Shown: piece by piece, positions 23,869 through 36,678 of the stretch
How positions within the stretch are numbered: the stretch's first letter is position 1
Layout of the letters: every line of letters starts with the position of its first letter
NCBI GenBank assembly: GCA_030141605.1
Contig: JAQGDQ010001519.1
Span: 1 to 36,678 of the forward strand
Length of the DNA: 36,678 nucleotides
Direction of reading: 5' to 3'
DNA from: Tubiluchus corallicola
Taxonomy: Eukaryota > Animalia > Priapulida
The notes under the pieces: generated by a model
The model's database searches: none
The model's input: the letters and a program-made list of their open reading frames with translations, nothing else
Told to the model about the DNA's origin: nothing
Translations under genes and position numbers: made by a program

Positions 23869-24251
23869 TTAATCAGCTTCACACAACCAACACAACGAAT
23901 TATTTTACTAAATTCAAAAAAGGCTGTGGTACAGTCGATGTACTGTGTGGCTGTAAAGCGGCAACTAACAACTAATGAATGAACACCCTCTTGAGGTGAT
24001 AATTAATTCCTTCTGAAAAAGCTGGTTTATTGAAACTGGACCAGTATAACAATAAGCTTCTGATGGTTCTGAATGATGCCAGCATGTGGAGCAACTGGGA
24101 ATTAATTAATACCAAGGCCACCGAGACAGATATGGTAAAACAATTTGAAATTACTAACCACGGTTATATTATGTTACCGTGTAATCAATTGTATATAATA
24201 GACGGTTTAGAATACGAATTGTCAAGTGGAAAATATCACAGGACATCTTAA

Positions 24252-24709
24252 CCCTTTCATACCCGTTGTATCCCGTGGGATACGAGAATATTTTCTGCCT
24301 TTAAAATTAATAAAATTTTAAAACTGACAGTTATTTGATCTGTTAATAGTTATTTTGATTTAAGCCAATAACAAAAGACTAAAAATGGTGATAAAATGGC
24401 AAACTAGAAAATCTACATAGCATAAAAAACTGCGCAAGGTACAGTACTTTAGAGATGACTTTGTACAGATCAGCATAGCATGCATACTAAATGTCTTAAA
24501 TACTTTAAAAAATTACCAACAGTTGCAAAATGAAGCAGATTTTATGCTTCCATTGAATCCCAATGTATCCCGTGGGATACAGGTTATATTTAGCACGCGG
24601 GCACAGGTAGAAAAAAAATATTATGTGTAAACAAGATGGACATAACTGAACAAAAGTACCGAGCCAAAAAGATTTTTCTTATTAAAAAAATAACTTGGGA
24701 CTGAAAGAG
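24252..24709 (+). mobile_element. piggyBac-like MITE, family B, copy 1
   Basis: TTAA|CCCTTTCA ... TGAAAGAG|TTAA. Two internal palindromes GTATCCCGTGGGATAC (24268-83, 24565-80). Second copy at 33653-34108. Confidence 0.88.
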
Positions 24710-26555
24710 TTAACGTGTCACAAAAGAATCCTTCCAAGAGAACAGACTGACAGGAAAGATGAATAAGCAATTCTGCAGCATTCCAATGACTTATTTCATT
24801 GCTCTTCCTCTCTATAACCTTCAACTCCAGCCATCTTGGAAATATGTGCACTACATATTTTTCAATATTTAAATCATAAAGGTGAACACGAACAAAATTC
24901 ATTGACAAAATTTAATGTAGCTTCATTTTTCAAAGGTACCGACACGGCACGCGTTCAACTGCTGACAAACAACTACAGCAAAGTGGTTTTGGGGTTTCTT
25001 GCAATCTACATACATTTTTACACTAAACTCAGCCATCTGTAAATGAAGCTAATTAAACCACCCAGTACCAGTTAAAAGGACACGAGTTTTTCGTCTCTTC
25101 TAGCAGGAAAATACACTATGTGATGCATAATGCTATTCTACGACTGTAGCACGGATTGTACTGGTAACGCCATCTACTAAAATTATCACACTAAACAGAT
25201 GCTGGTGTACCTTTAAGATCAGTTCACACTTACCCTGCCATCATAAACAAACGCCATCTGCTGTTCATACTGCATTTACGACTTTCCACTGCACAAAGTG
25301 CACTAAATAGTTACGTACACTTCCTAAAAACTAATACTTTCAAAAAATCCTAACCACTACACAACGACTCGAGTTTATTTAATATCACATTGCCCAGGTA
25401 GAAACAGTGATGTGTTATAGAGTACAAACACACATTCGACCAGGACGACAACAGTCACGTGACCCGAATTCAACCAATAAGCGCGACGCAAGCAGATATC
25501 TTGCTGTTCAGTTACTCTTGAAGTCTTTTAGACAACATTTAACTTTCTGTTACAGCAAAGACTTAATGATTTTAATCGTCAAGGACAACCCGAAAAATCA
25601 AGAAATACTTCGGCTACTTTTAGCTTTACAGCAAAATATTACAGACTTACCTCTGCAAAGGATAAATACAGCAAATACCCTATTACGCACCGCAAATTCT
25701 TTCTATTATAAATCGAGTCAATGCACTGCAAAGCTAATTAGTACAATTCATTAGGTGCTACATGGTAAACAAGCGAAGTACTGTACTCGACAGCTAAACC
25801 TTCAGATGTTAAGTACTGTACAGTATAAATACTGTAATATCAGCATAAAGTAAGTTTACACGTGCTACGCTTTGACTATCACGAATGTAACCATGGAAAT
25901 TGCAGACAAAATATTTACTGTGCTAAAAGAGCTCATGGCGTTTTCTCAGACGGGGAATTATCTTAAGCACCGACACACAAACGACTCCACAAAAGGCGCG
26001 AAGACGTCTTACCTGGTCAGGTGAAAAACTCATTACGTTTCAAACGTTCCCCGTTTTTCCCGTAAGTTGGTTCGTAAATCAACCCAGTCGCTTTACCGCT
26101 TAACGAAATAAACAAAGCTAAGTTTCCAGCTGTGAATCAGCTTTGTTAAAAAAAATTTACATGCCTTTTAAGATCAGACTTACTGTCGATTGACAAACTA
26201 CGAATCCCAATACCTTTCTAAAACACAATAAAAAATCGATATGCTATCGTTTCACTTTTTTGTTTATTTTCACAGAATGTATTAAAATATTGATGTCGTT
26301 ACAAAAATGCTACTTGGATTTGACCTGCAGCCTGCAGGAATAACCGAGCAGCAAGCAGAAGCATAAATAGGACTTTATTTTTACTATCGTTATCGTCGTC
26401 GTCATCATCATCAGGCTGCAGGCACACGGCGCATGACATCACCTCCCTCCCACGACATTCAATTGGTAAGTTTGGATACTGAAGCTGACAGGCATAGATA
26501 ATTGCAAGCGCGTGATAGTAGAGACACTGCGAGTCCTGCCAACACATTGTCACGT

Positions 26556-26570
26556 GGCGCCATCTAGTGG
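26556..26570 (-). promoter_or_regulatory. CTCF-consensus motif (CCACTAGATGGCGCC) abutting an E-box CACGTG
   Basis: Close match to the bilaterian CTCF core; sequence match only. Confidence 0.5.
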
Positions 26571-27762
26571 AAAGCTGAATTAATATTGCGCAACGTTACA
26601 TTACGTCTTAATAGTCTTATATAATTAAATTAAAACGCATTAACAGATTGCTATTAGATTTGTATTGGCAAAAATAACGTAAAATTATTTCGTATTTTTC
26701 AAACACCCTTCTGAAAATAGAAATTTTATTTTTACATAGCATCATTAATAATGGCGAACAAGCGAGACTACGACAAAATTTTATAACATATCGTTTAGCC
26801 TCATGCCCAATTAGGCGGCGGTGGTGGTGGTGGTGGAATGAGAATTCCAAGTAGCCTTAAGAACAACAATGTCACAACAATAAATTTGTAAGAAATTCAC
26901 AGTCATAATGCCTAAGAAAATAGAGCAATGGCGGAGAGAACCAAAAGACGGGTAAAATGTCATACAACTACTACAGCTATAGCTCACGAAAGACCAAAAT
27001 GCTAATGTATTCAGGATATTAGGTGCTTCAATTTTAAAAGAGTGACTACTGTAAAAATATAAATGCCTACCAAATAGACAAACAGGTGGCAGCACCGTGG
27101 CAGTAATTGAAAACTAAATTAAAACCAAAAAAGGGCCTATGCGCCCACTACATTACTGTATCATCTAAAACCATTTAAACGCCATTAAAAAAATTTCAGA
27201 CCTACAGATAATGACAAGACGTTCAATAAAAATAATTATTGCAAAAGAAATTGAGCTATTTATAAATACAGATCAGATTAAATCATAGATTCGTTTTATC
27301 TTACTAATACGAACAGCCTAATTTATGAAATCTCGTTTTGTAGCAGCGCCTACAGACAGGAACATAAACGAAACTAAATTCATTCAACACCGTCTGCAAA
27401 ATTCGGACGCACCACGCGGGATATCGCGCGGCGGACGGAACATTCTGTGAAGTTATTTCACACGCACGTATCTATCTACCTGGTAATTGTCTAGAAACTT
27501 CCTTGTGTGGAAATGAAGCAAAACCCCATTACTCAGCGTAAAAAATAAATGAGGAACAGGTATGTGTGTGTGTACATGTGTAGTGTTAATGATGGGTATA
27601 ACTCAAGTACTCGATTACCGTAATTATAAGAAGTGAACTTGGACAATATTTCATACGCAGTTATTTCACGAACCTAATTTCAAGGCCCGCCCTTGGTGGT
27701 ATAATAGGTCATACTAATAGGTCAATTAGAGAGCAAGAAATTAATCTGAATTACGTGGTTAA

Positions 27763-28410
27763 AGGACAAGAAAAGGGGTGCCTGAAGTAGGTTTCGGAAA
27801 AATCGCCTTAAAAATTATATCACTTTACAGCATTTTTATGCATATATTGTGCTCATTAAAAGGAATTTTTGTTTGTTTTCGTTTTAAATCTCAGCGCAGT
27901 ACTGTTCAGAAGTCGACATTATATGACGTCACTATGCAAACGTAAATCAGGGGAAGAGATGCAATGTTAAATTACGTCCCAAAAAACTTTCCATAGAAAT
28001 CTATATTACTTAGCGTTTCACTTATCTGGTACAAAGACTTATGTATCTAGAAATAATAATTTAAAATGTTTGTGCCATTTGGTAAAATGTCGCTGACTCA
28101 CCCTCCAGGGTGCGGAACTCACTAAGCAAAAACGTATTTTTAATCCTATTGACAAGATACAGTAATTTTTTTTACTTAGTTGGTGACGTGTGCACTACCG
28201 CATGCTCTGATTATTTTTTCAAATTTCGTGCAATGTTATCTAAACTTGTTTCAAACGACCTACCATTAAAATGACTGACGACCAAACGGAAGTTTAAATT
28301 ACAAGCTTTATACAGCGATACTGCTGACGCAAGCTCCGCATGCAAAAAGGCAGCTTGTAAGTGGTAGAAAATTTCTTAAACTTTATGTAATTGGAGGGTT
28401 TTCTTGTTCT
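27763..28410. mobile_element. Possible degraded Kolobok-like element
   Basis: TTAA|AGGACAAGAAAA ... TTTTCTTGTTCT|TGAA: 14/16 inverted match including the flanks. Confidence 0.35.
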
Positions 28411-28589
28411 TGAATCATTAAAAAACGTAATAAATTAAAACTACAAGACCTTCCGTTTGTAGTCCGGCATTGGACACTAGACAGCATACACAGTTATTAT
28501 ACAGACGTTTGTCTACAAATGTAAAATTATTATTTGACTTTGAACTTCTGTATTACCTGTATTACCTTGTATTTTATTAGGAGTGGTTA

Positions 28590-29022
28590 TACGGCTCTTT
28601 ATGCCAGCGAAACCTGGAAAGTCACAGCAGCGATATCAAAGAAACTGGACGTCTTCCACCATAAATGTCTTCGGAAAATCCTAAAAATATCCTATAGCGA
28701 CCATGTTACCAATGTGGAAGTCCTACAGCAGGCGCAGTCAAAGCGGTTGCAGGAAATAGTAGCAGAGAGAAGGCTGAGATTGGCTGGACATATTCTACGC
28801 CTACCAGAACAACGCCACTCCAAAATCGCATTACGCGGGGAACCACCTGGTGGAAAAAGGAAAAGAGGTCGGCCAAAAACAACGTGGCGCAGATCTTTCA
28901 AAGAAGACCTTCGGCCTATGAACAGACGTTGGGAGAACATCGAAAGAGAAACCGCCGATAGAACCCAGTGGAAGATGCTGTCTGTCCAATGTGCATCCGT
29001 ATTTCGGGAAGGTCTAAGGTCT
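28590..29022 (+). mobile_element. RTE-clade LINE 3' fragment (post-RT C-terminus)
   Basis: LYASETW...KLDVFHHKCLRKILKISYSDHVTNVEVL...RRLRLAGHILR...GKRKRGRPKTTWRR...DRTQW is the canonical RTE ORF end. Frame still open; 5' truncated. Confidence 0.92.
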
Positions 29023-29078
29023 GTACAGAATTACGAAAATGACATATGATCAAGTAGAAGACTTAGCATAAACTACAA

Positions 29079-29080
<2 letters not shown>

Positions 29081-29120
<40 letters not shown>
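29081..29120. repeat. (TA)n microsatellite
   Basis: Direct observation. Confidence 0.95.
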
Positions 29121-29122
<2 letters not shown>

Positions 29123-30242
29123 ACTTCTAAATATGGCATTCACGTTTTTAACATTGAACACAATATTTCTCCCATCATCATGTCGGCTTGATAAGGGCTA
29201 TTTATTATACAGAATTTAACAATCATAACCCGCATGTCCCACTCATCAGCATCAAACTCATTTCTAATTAACATGTAATTATGAAGTAATTCCGCGGGCG
29301 CAGATTCCAGCAACAGGTGACCGTGAAAATCTCATTTTTAGACAAGCCAAGCCAGGTGTGAATCACAGGTGTTATAATGATTTGAAATATTCCCTACCTG
29401 ATTTTTGCAGGTTGTCCAGATGTAGTGACTGGGAGTAGAACATCTTCCACACTTTGATGCTTCCTCCTGCGTTTTAGTTTAAAATTTGCGATTAAAAATT
29501 CTAAACATGCATAACTATGTCAACTTGTGACGTGGATGTGAATGAAGGAAGCCTATAGATCTTACGCGAATTACGGTTACCGATACAGTAGGCCTACCAA
29601 GCTGTATGGAATGTATATTACGCAACAGCTCAAAACCTCGGTACTTTCCAACAAAGCCGAATTTATTTATGTACATTCAGGGCCTATTTCAAGGGGGGGG
29701 ATACTTCCCCGGGGCCTCACCCTCCAGGGGGGCCTCGCGCCAAGGTAACATTTTTTTGCTTTATGCACACTGCCTTCAGGATAACCGATAAGCATAATTG
29801 TAAAATATAGTCTGTAAGTTCCTTACTTCTTAAACTTGTTAACGTTGGTTTGTGAGGTAGAAGGATGTCAGAACACGCTTATAGTTTAGAACACAGCTAA
29901 TATACATCCTATTTAACAGAATAGGTATGACACATTTCTTGCAAATTTGAGCGACAGTCACTTGGGAAGAACTGCAGACGTTAAACTGTAGGTCAAAACA
30001 ATCTACTCTTTAAAATATTGAAATTAAACATACTATTTCTTTAAAAATGATTCACGTGAAAGAATTATTACTACACAAACGCAATTTCACGTTCGCGCCA
30101 CTAGTTCTTGGCTGTTACATGCATTTTGCCATCCGCTAGTTGGACGGGCACTAGCACCTGCGTTTTATATAAAAACAGACACTGTGCCTGTCAGTTTAGA
30201 CGTGTTAATTTGTGAGGAATCGCACACGTTCGACAGCTTATG

Positions 30243-30533
30243 CGTGAGCACAGCGGTGAATTTGAAATTTGAATTTTTATCTTAAAACTTGCCCAGTTTT
30301 AGAACAACACACTGAATGTTTTACAGTAGCACTGTACCTCAATTTTCGCCTTCGAATATTTTTGCTGTTGAAAATTATGTTAGTTTGTGATGTTGGGCTC
30401 GCCTGCCGTTAATTAAGTTTTTAATCTGTTATTTAATTATCTGAAACGCTTTTGCAGCATTATTTGTGTTAAAATGTATACTTTTACCGTACTTGAAAAT
30501 GGGATAGTATAAGAAAAATCATTCTGTCTTCCT
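30243..30533. mobile_element. Right half of the Kolobok-like element seen at 20817-21391
   Basis: Aligns from GTGAGCACAGCG through TGTCTTCCT|TTAA (30534-37); left arm not found. Confidence 0.82.
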
Positions 30534-31280
30534 TTAACTAGGGGATTCTTGACAACAAAAAGTCAAGACCTAGTAATAAATCAACTCACAGCATTTTTAT
30601 TTCAGAATAATGGTAATAAAATGGCTTGAACAAATTGGTATGGCATGCCCAGACAGTTTTACAAATAGCCTGGTTCCATGTCGCTCAGTAACAAAGGAAC
30701 ATGACAGTATGGACTCATAATTGAATGACAATTACAACTTTTCTCATTCGTTCTGAATATTTACGCCATGACAGTCTGTGCATAGATAAGTTCCAGTTAA
30801 TTATAAAAAAATTTGAAATTAACAATACAGGTATAGAATAATTTCAATATTTATTGGTTTATTTTAATATTTATTTTTAATTACTTTGCAATGATATAAA
30901 CAAAGTGTAGAATTTAAACTTTCGATCAATAAATTTTGAATTTTTATTTAGCGGCAGTTGGATTTTAATTTTAAAAAATTAGGGCATGTATGAGAAAAAT
31001 CATCAACATTCGTTAAATTTAATTGACGGATAAATCAATTTTGTCCTTCCTCGTTATTGAACTTCATTTTAAATTAAATTTAACTTTACAAATTTACCGC
31101 ATGGATGTTCTTGAGTAGAGATCACATTGTTCGAATTCAGTGGCCCAGTTTTCACGATTTCCAAAAAAACCATCCAAACCTTCTGACTGCTTGTTTGTTT
31201 GCGCAAAATTGATTAAGAAAACATGGCTGAATTGAACGATGTTTTGTTAACTCAATTACAGGATTGTGGTGTTTTGAAAG

Positions 31281-31446
<166 letters not shown>

Positions 31447-31900
31447 TTTATTAGTTTATCACCATTTTTAAAATAGCAAAATACATAACTAAGAGATTTA
31501 TAAATCTGTACAACATACAATATTATTACAAAGTGCAAAAGTAATTATTGATTAGTGGTGAAAGGGTGGCGAAAGAACTATAAGTTATCGAGGTCAGCCA
31601 CCCTCTCAGAATTGTTACTAATATAATTAATTAGTTAATGCACATGTACCAGGTAATTAAAAATTATCACATTTTGCATTTAAGACGAATGAAAATCGAA
31701 TTATTATACGAATGTGTTAGTTTATAATAAAATAATGTTCAATAATGGGAAAGAAGAGACACACGTGACTATCTTTAAATAATAATTTAACCATTACGTA
31801 TTTAAAATTAATGTTATGAGGACCTAGAGCCAAAGGAAGACTGACGTTGATATACAAAACGTTTAATAATAGACGAGGCTATGCAAAATTTATGCGCAAG
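31447..31900 (-). mobile_element. Possible degraded L2/Crack-like LINE 3' end whose tail is the (TTAC)n array
   Basis: Minus-strand AATAAA lies directly before the TTAC tail. 3' hairpin AGGGTGGC...GCCACCCT (~31563-31605) with TGGTGA/TCACCA pairing. Protein similarity is barely discernible. Confidence 0.4.
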
Positions 31901-32218
31901 ACTCACAGAGTCCCAGTTTTAAATAATTAAAAACTCATTGAGGTTTCAGCTTGGGTTTGCATACTTTCTCTAGAACATAGAGCAAGGTGGTAACACAAAG
32001 AGGAATGCAAAAGCAATTGTAAATGTCAAACCAAAAAAGACTGAAGTTTATGTTACATCTTGTTGTTAAGGACAACGTTATAAGACTGCAGTGTTATAGA
32101 TTTAAGGCAAATGTATTAAAATTAATGGCACAAACACGAGTAGCTAGTGCAACACATTCATGTGTAGCTGCTATAGGCAAAATTGAAGCTGATACATATA
32201 TTAATTTTTAACATTTTT

Positions 32219-32370
32219 TACATGTTACGACTTCTTTGGAAATGTTACATGTTACGACTTCTTTGGGAATGTTACATGTTACGACTTCTTTGGGAATGTT
32301 ACATGTTACGACTTCTTTGGAAATGTTACATGTTACGACTTCTTTGGGAATGTTACATGTTACGACTTCT
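32219..32370. repeat. 27-bp tandem repeat, ~5.5 copies
   Basis: Unit TACATGTTACGACTTCTTTGGRAATGT. Confidence 0.95.
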
Positions 32371-32866
32371 TCTGATATGAAGAACTTTACTGTTTAACTA
32401 ATCTTGATAAGTTTAACAACGACAAAAAGCAATCGTTGCCATATTCGTTAGACGACTGACGCAAGTAAAATTAAGAAACTTCGCAAACTTCAATTCACAT
32501 CCAATCACATTTTTTGCAAAAAGCTATTGAATAGATTTAAACTAATCAACTTATTGAAAAATCACCATCACTTACCTGACATTCGCAGTTCGTTGGCTTA
32601 AGCAACATTCCGTTTTTACTTTATATGACATCAGATACAAGAGATTTATTTTAAGCGTACTAGTGTAATATTGATCACATGCTTAATGTAAAGCTTACAT
32701 AATAACACCAGGATTCGTTTCAGTTTTGCCACAATTGAAATGAAATTCGCAGCACATGTGCAAAACCGTGCAGTGCAATTCCACAACTGACGATGTATTG
32801 ACGACGAGCGAACTAGAGACCGTATCCACCTGCTTAAACCACCGCTAAAACCAGACGTAAATAACA

Positions 32867-33273
32867 TGCACCCCCCGGGGGTTCCACTGATGTCTCATTG
32901 CTGTGAATCGCTCTATTTAATTCCTGGAGCCTCCCTCAGTGGCAAACAAGTGTACCCCCGGGGGCTCCACTGCTGTGAATCGCTCTATTTCATTCCTGGA
33001 GCCTCCCTCAGTGGCAAACAAGTGCACCCCCGGGGGCTCCACTGCTGTCTCATTGCTGTGAATCGCTCTATTTCATTCCTGGAGCCTCCCTCAGTGGCAT
33101 ACAAGTGCACCCCCGGGGGCTCCACTGCTGTCTCATTGCTGTGAATCGCTCTATTTCATTCCTGGAGCCTCCCTCAGTGGCAAACAAGTGCACCCCCCGG
33201 GGGCTCCACTGCTGTCTCATTGCTGTGAATCGCCTCCCTCATTCCTAGAGCCTCCCTCAGTGGCAAACAAGTG
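32867..33273. repeat. GC-rich ~83-bp tandem repeat, ~5 copies
   Basis: Unit GCACCCCCGGGGGCTCCACTGCTGTCTCATTGCTGTGAATCGCTCTATTTCATTCCTGGAGCCTCCCTCAGTGGCAAACAAGT; one copy has an internal deletion. Confidence 0.95.
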
Positions 33274-33652
33274 TGCGCCAAATTTGTCCCTCTTCCTTTA
33301 TTCTACCTCTATTTAACAAGACAAAATGGATCCCAAAAAACAGTGCTAATCCCTCTTGAAAGTCACGTTACAGAAAACACCATGCGCGCTGTTAAAAGTG
33401 AAATTCCAATCTACGTTAATGTAGACCTGCCGGTGATATTGTAATTATGGTAGCTGTTTCGGTGGTTGTCAGGTCAACAACTTAAGAACAAAACGAAAGA
33501 CATACAGAAGACGAAAACACGCGGTTTAGGATTAGCCTGCAGGCAGAACAAGCAAATGAAAGTTTAAACTATCCAATTTTTCTTTCTTTATCTCAAAAAG
33601 TCCCTATCAAAAGTTTTTTAAAACCGCCAGGTGTATCATAACACCTTTTTAA

Positions 33653-34108
33653 CCCTTTCAGTTGCAAATTATTTTTTTAATAAGAAAAAAATTTTTGGCT
33701 TGGTACTTTTGTTCAGTATGTCCATCTTGTTTACACATAATTATTTTTTTCTACCTGTGTCGGGGTCCTAAATATAGCCTGTATCCCACGGGATACATTG
33801 AGATTCAATGGAAGCATAAAATGTGTTTCATTTTGCAACTGCTGATAATTTTTTAAAGTATTTAAGACATTTAGTATGCATGCTATGCTGATCTGTACAA
33901 AGTCATCTCTAAAGTACTGTACATTGCGCAGTTTTTTATGCTATGTATGTTTTCTAGTTTGCCATTTTATCACCATTTTTAGTCTATTGTTATTGGCTTA
34001 AATCAAAATAACTATTAACAGATCAAATAACTGTCAGTTTTAAAATTTTATTAATTTTAAAGGCAGAAATATTCTCGTATCCCACGGGATACAGCGGGTA
34101 TGAAAGGG
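33653..34108 (-). mobile_element. piggyBac-like MITE, family B, copy 2 (inverted relative to copy 1)
   Basis: TTAA|CCCTTTCA ... TGAAAGGG|TTAA; reverse complement aligns along the full length of 24252-24709. Confidence 0.9.
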
Positions 34109-34197
34109 TTAAGTAAAGCTATTCATCCCACTTATACGAACGCATTTAAGATTAAGACATTTACAGTTGGAAAAGTTGCAACTCGGTAGAAAAACCG

Positions 34198-34336
34198 TCT
34201 GGCTAAAAAACGCAGATTTGGACGTATACGCATCTGGCTAAAAAACGCAGATTTGGACGTATACGCATCTGGCTAAAAACGCAGATTTGGACGTATACGC
34301 ATCTGGCTAAAAACGCAGATTTGGACGTATATGCGT
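34198..34336. repeat. 34-35-bp tandem repeat, 4 copies
   Basis: Unit TCTGGCTAAAAA(A)CGCAGATTTGGACGTATACGCA. Confidence 0.95.
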
Positions 34337-34636
34337 ATATGGCCTACTGCTAAAGGATAGTCCGTCTTCAATTAGCACGGATAGTTTAGTATGAACGGCA
34401 TGATCAAAACATATCTAAATCTGCGCTTTTGTAGAAAAAGAATTCGTGAAAACTGGGCGAACAAGAGACTTATAAGTAAAAAAATGAGGCCTGCGCAATG
34501 AGTAAGTAAAGTGGTGTGTGACATTTTTCTAACGGTTTTCCAAACTTTTCTTATTGCCATGCGAAATAGGAACGACGATAACAAAAACACGCTGCAAACT
34601 CTGCAGAATTCATTAAAAAACACACGAATGCAAATT

Positions 34637-35992
34637 GTAAGACAGTCTATGCCACAGAGGGAGTTACACAAGGTAAGACAGTCTATGCCACAGAGGGAGT
34701 TACACAAGGTAAGACAGTCTATACCACAGAGGGAGTTACACAAGGTAACACAGTCTATACCACAGAGGGAGTTACACAAGGTAAGATAGTCTATGCCACA
34801 GAGGGAGTTACACAAGGTAAGACAGTCTATGCCACAGAGGGAGTTACACAAGGTAAGACAGTCTATGCCACAGAGGGAGTTACACAAGGTAAGACAGTCT
34901 ATGCCACAGAGGGAGTTACACAAGGTAAGACAGTCTATGCCACAGAGGGAGTTACACAAGGTAAGACAGTCTATGCCACAGAGGGAGTTACACAAGGTAA
35001 GACAGTCTATGCCACAGAGGGAGTTACACAAGGTAAGACAGTCTATGCCACAGAGGGAGTTACACAAGGTAAGACAGCTCCACAGAGAGTTACACAGTAA
35101 CATCTATGCCACAGAGGAGTTACACAAGGTAAGACAGTCTATGCCACAGAGGGAGTTACACAAGGTAAGACAGTCTATGCCACAGAGGGAGTTACACAAG
35201 GTAAGACAGTCTATGCCACAGAGGGAGTTACACAAGGTAAGACAGTCTATGCCACAGAGGGAGTTACACAAGGTAAGACAGTCTATGCCACAGAGGGAGT
35301 TACACAAGGTAAGACAGTCTATACCACAGAGGGAGTTACACAATGTAAGACAGTCTATGCCACAGAGGGAGTTACACAAGGTAAGACAGTCTATGCCACA
35401 GAGGGAGTTACACAAGGTAAGACAGTCTATGCCACAGAGGGAGTTACACAAGGTAAGACAGTCTATGCCACAGAGGGAGTTACACAAGGTAAGACAGTCT
35501 ATACCACAGAGGGAGTTACACAATGTAAGACAGTCTATGCCACAGAGGGAGTTACACAAGGTAAGACAGTCTATGCCACAGAGGGAGTTACACAAGGTAA
35601 GACAGTCTATGCCACAGAGGGAGTTACACAAGGTAAGACAGTCTATGCCACAGAGGGAGTTACACAAGGTAAGACAGTCTATGCCACAGAGGGAGTTACA
35701 CAAGGTAAGACAGTCTATGCCACAGAGGGAGTTACACAAGGTAAGACAGTCTATGCCACAGAGGGAGTTACACAAGGTAAGACAGTCTATGCCACAGAGG
35801 GAGTTACACAAGGTAAGATAGTCTATGCCACAGAGGGAGTTACACAAGGTAAGACAGTCTATACCACAGAGGGAGTTACACAAGGTAAGACAGTCTATGC
35901 CACAGAGGGAGTTACACAAGGTAAGACAGTCTATGCCACAGAGGGAGTTACACAAGGTAAGATAGTCTATACCACAGAGAGACTTACACAAG
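34637..35992. repeat. 36-bp minisatellite, ~37 copies
   Basis: Unit GTAAGACAGTCTATGCCACAGAGGGAGTTACACAAG; irregular units at ~35070-35120. Confidence 0.97.
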
Positions 35993-36678
35993 AGGAACTA
36001 TACAGAGCGAATCACCCAGAAAAGGTCATTTTTTCTAGTTCAATGTTATTCTATCAACAGCTAAGCTTGCCTGGTTGGGCCAGTGGGCAGCAGGCACACA
36101 TTTTTCCTGTGTTAGAGGAACATAGTTATTAGAATACAATCGCTGGTCATTTGTCAAGATGTTTAGACACATGCGGAACTTCACATGAATTAACATCAGT
36201 ATTTATGATTGTTTCCGGGTCACACGACATATATAATTTATATATAAACTACAAAACCGCAAGAGGATGATTAAATTTGGCTAACTGGTGATTAAATTCA
36301 AAACGTATGACTGCAAATTTCAAATGCGCGGCTTGAAAATTATGGGGGGTGGGGGGGGGGGGGGGTGTATTGTTGGGTGAAGGAGCAAGCCAAGCTGTCT
36401 AGTCGTCCCCTACAGCAATTATTAAACAGTAATTTATGGAACTTGAACAATTCATTCCAAGTTAGAAAAAATATAAGATAATATAATATAATCCGGACTC
36501 CGTAACTGCTTGTGGTGCGTTATAAAATATGCGCTTTATATGAATTGCAATTTTAAACAAACAAACAAACAAACATGAAAGTTTATACAGAAACTAGAAA
36601 AAATCCTAAACAAGAAAAATTTTTTTGCTTACTAATAGCCTAAATTGTGACAGTTAAATCCATTCACAGTAAGAATAA

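Noticed and set aside
28534-29049. The RTE fragment as a host gene, or as the partner LINE of the 5S SINE
   Set aside because: It is a truncated LINE end, and its 3' terminus (GGTCTAAGGTCT) does not match the SINE tail (GAAGGATGCCAACAA).
34372-35991. Long repetitive ORFs (MPQRELHKVRQS / CGIDCLTLCNSL)
   Set aside because: Translations of a 36-bp minisatellite, interrupted by stops and a frameshift, with no unique coding flanks.
36344-36366. G-quadruplex-capable poly-G (also poly-C at ~18503-18516)
   Set aside because: Simple homopolymer with no supporting functional context.

Overview
AT-rich animal genomic DNA. The 5S-like sequence resembles lophotrochozoan (annelid/mollusc-type) 5S, which is an inference. 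It carries one recognisable protein-coding gene on the minus strand, an LZTS/Fez1-domain (LZTS2/ProSAPiP1/N4BP3 family) coiled-coil gene. Four exons (10429-10260, 10110-9997, 9231-9096, 5296-4430) splice in frame into 428 aa; its start codon lies further upstream. The remaining ~26 kb looks like one large intron or 5' region, packed with micro- and minisatellites, TTAA-targeting non-autonomous DNA transposons (piggyBac-like and Kolobok-like), LINE 3' remnants (CR1-like, RTE-like) and a possible solo LTR. Most notable are two TSD-flanked copies of a SINE with a near-complete 5S rRNA head and an apparently RTE-derived bipartite body. There is also a set of candidate phase-0 alternative 5' exons for the LZTS gene. 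Most long ORFs in the supplied track are repeat artefacts.
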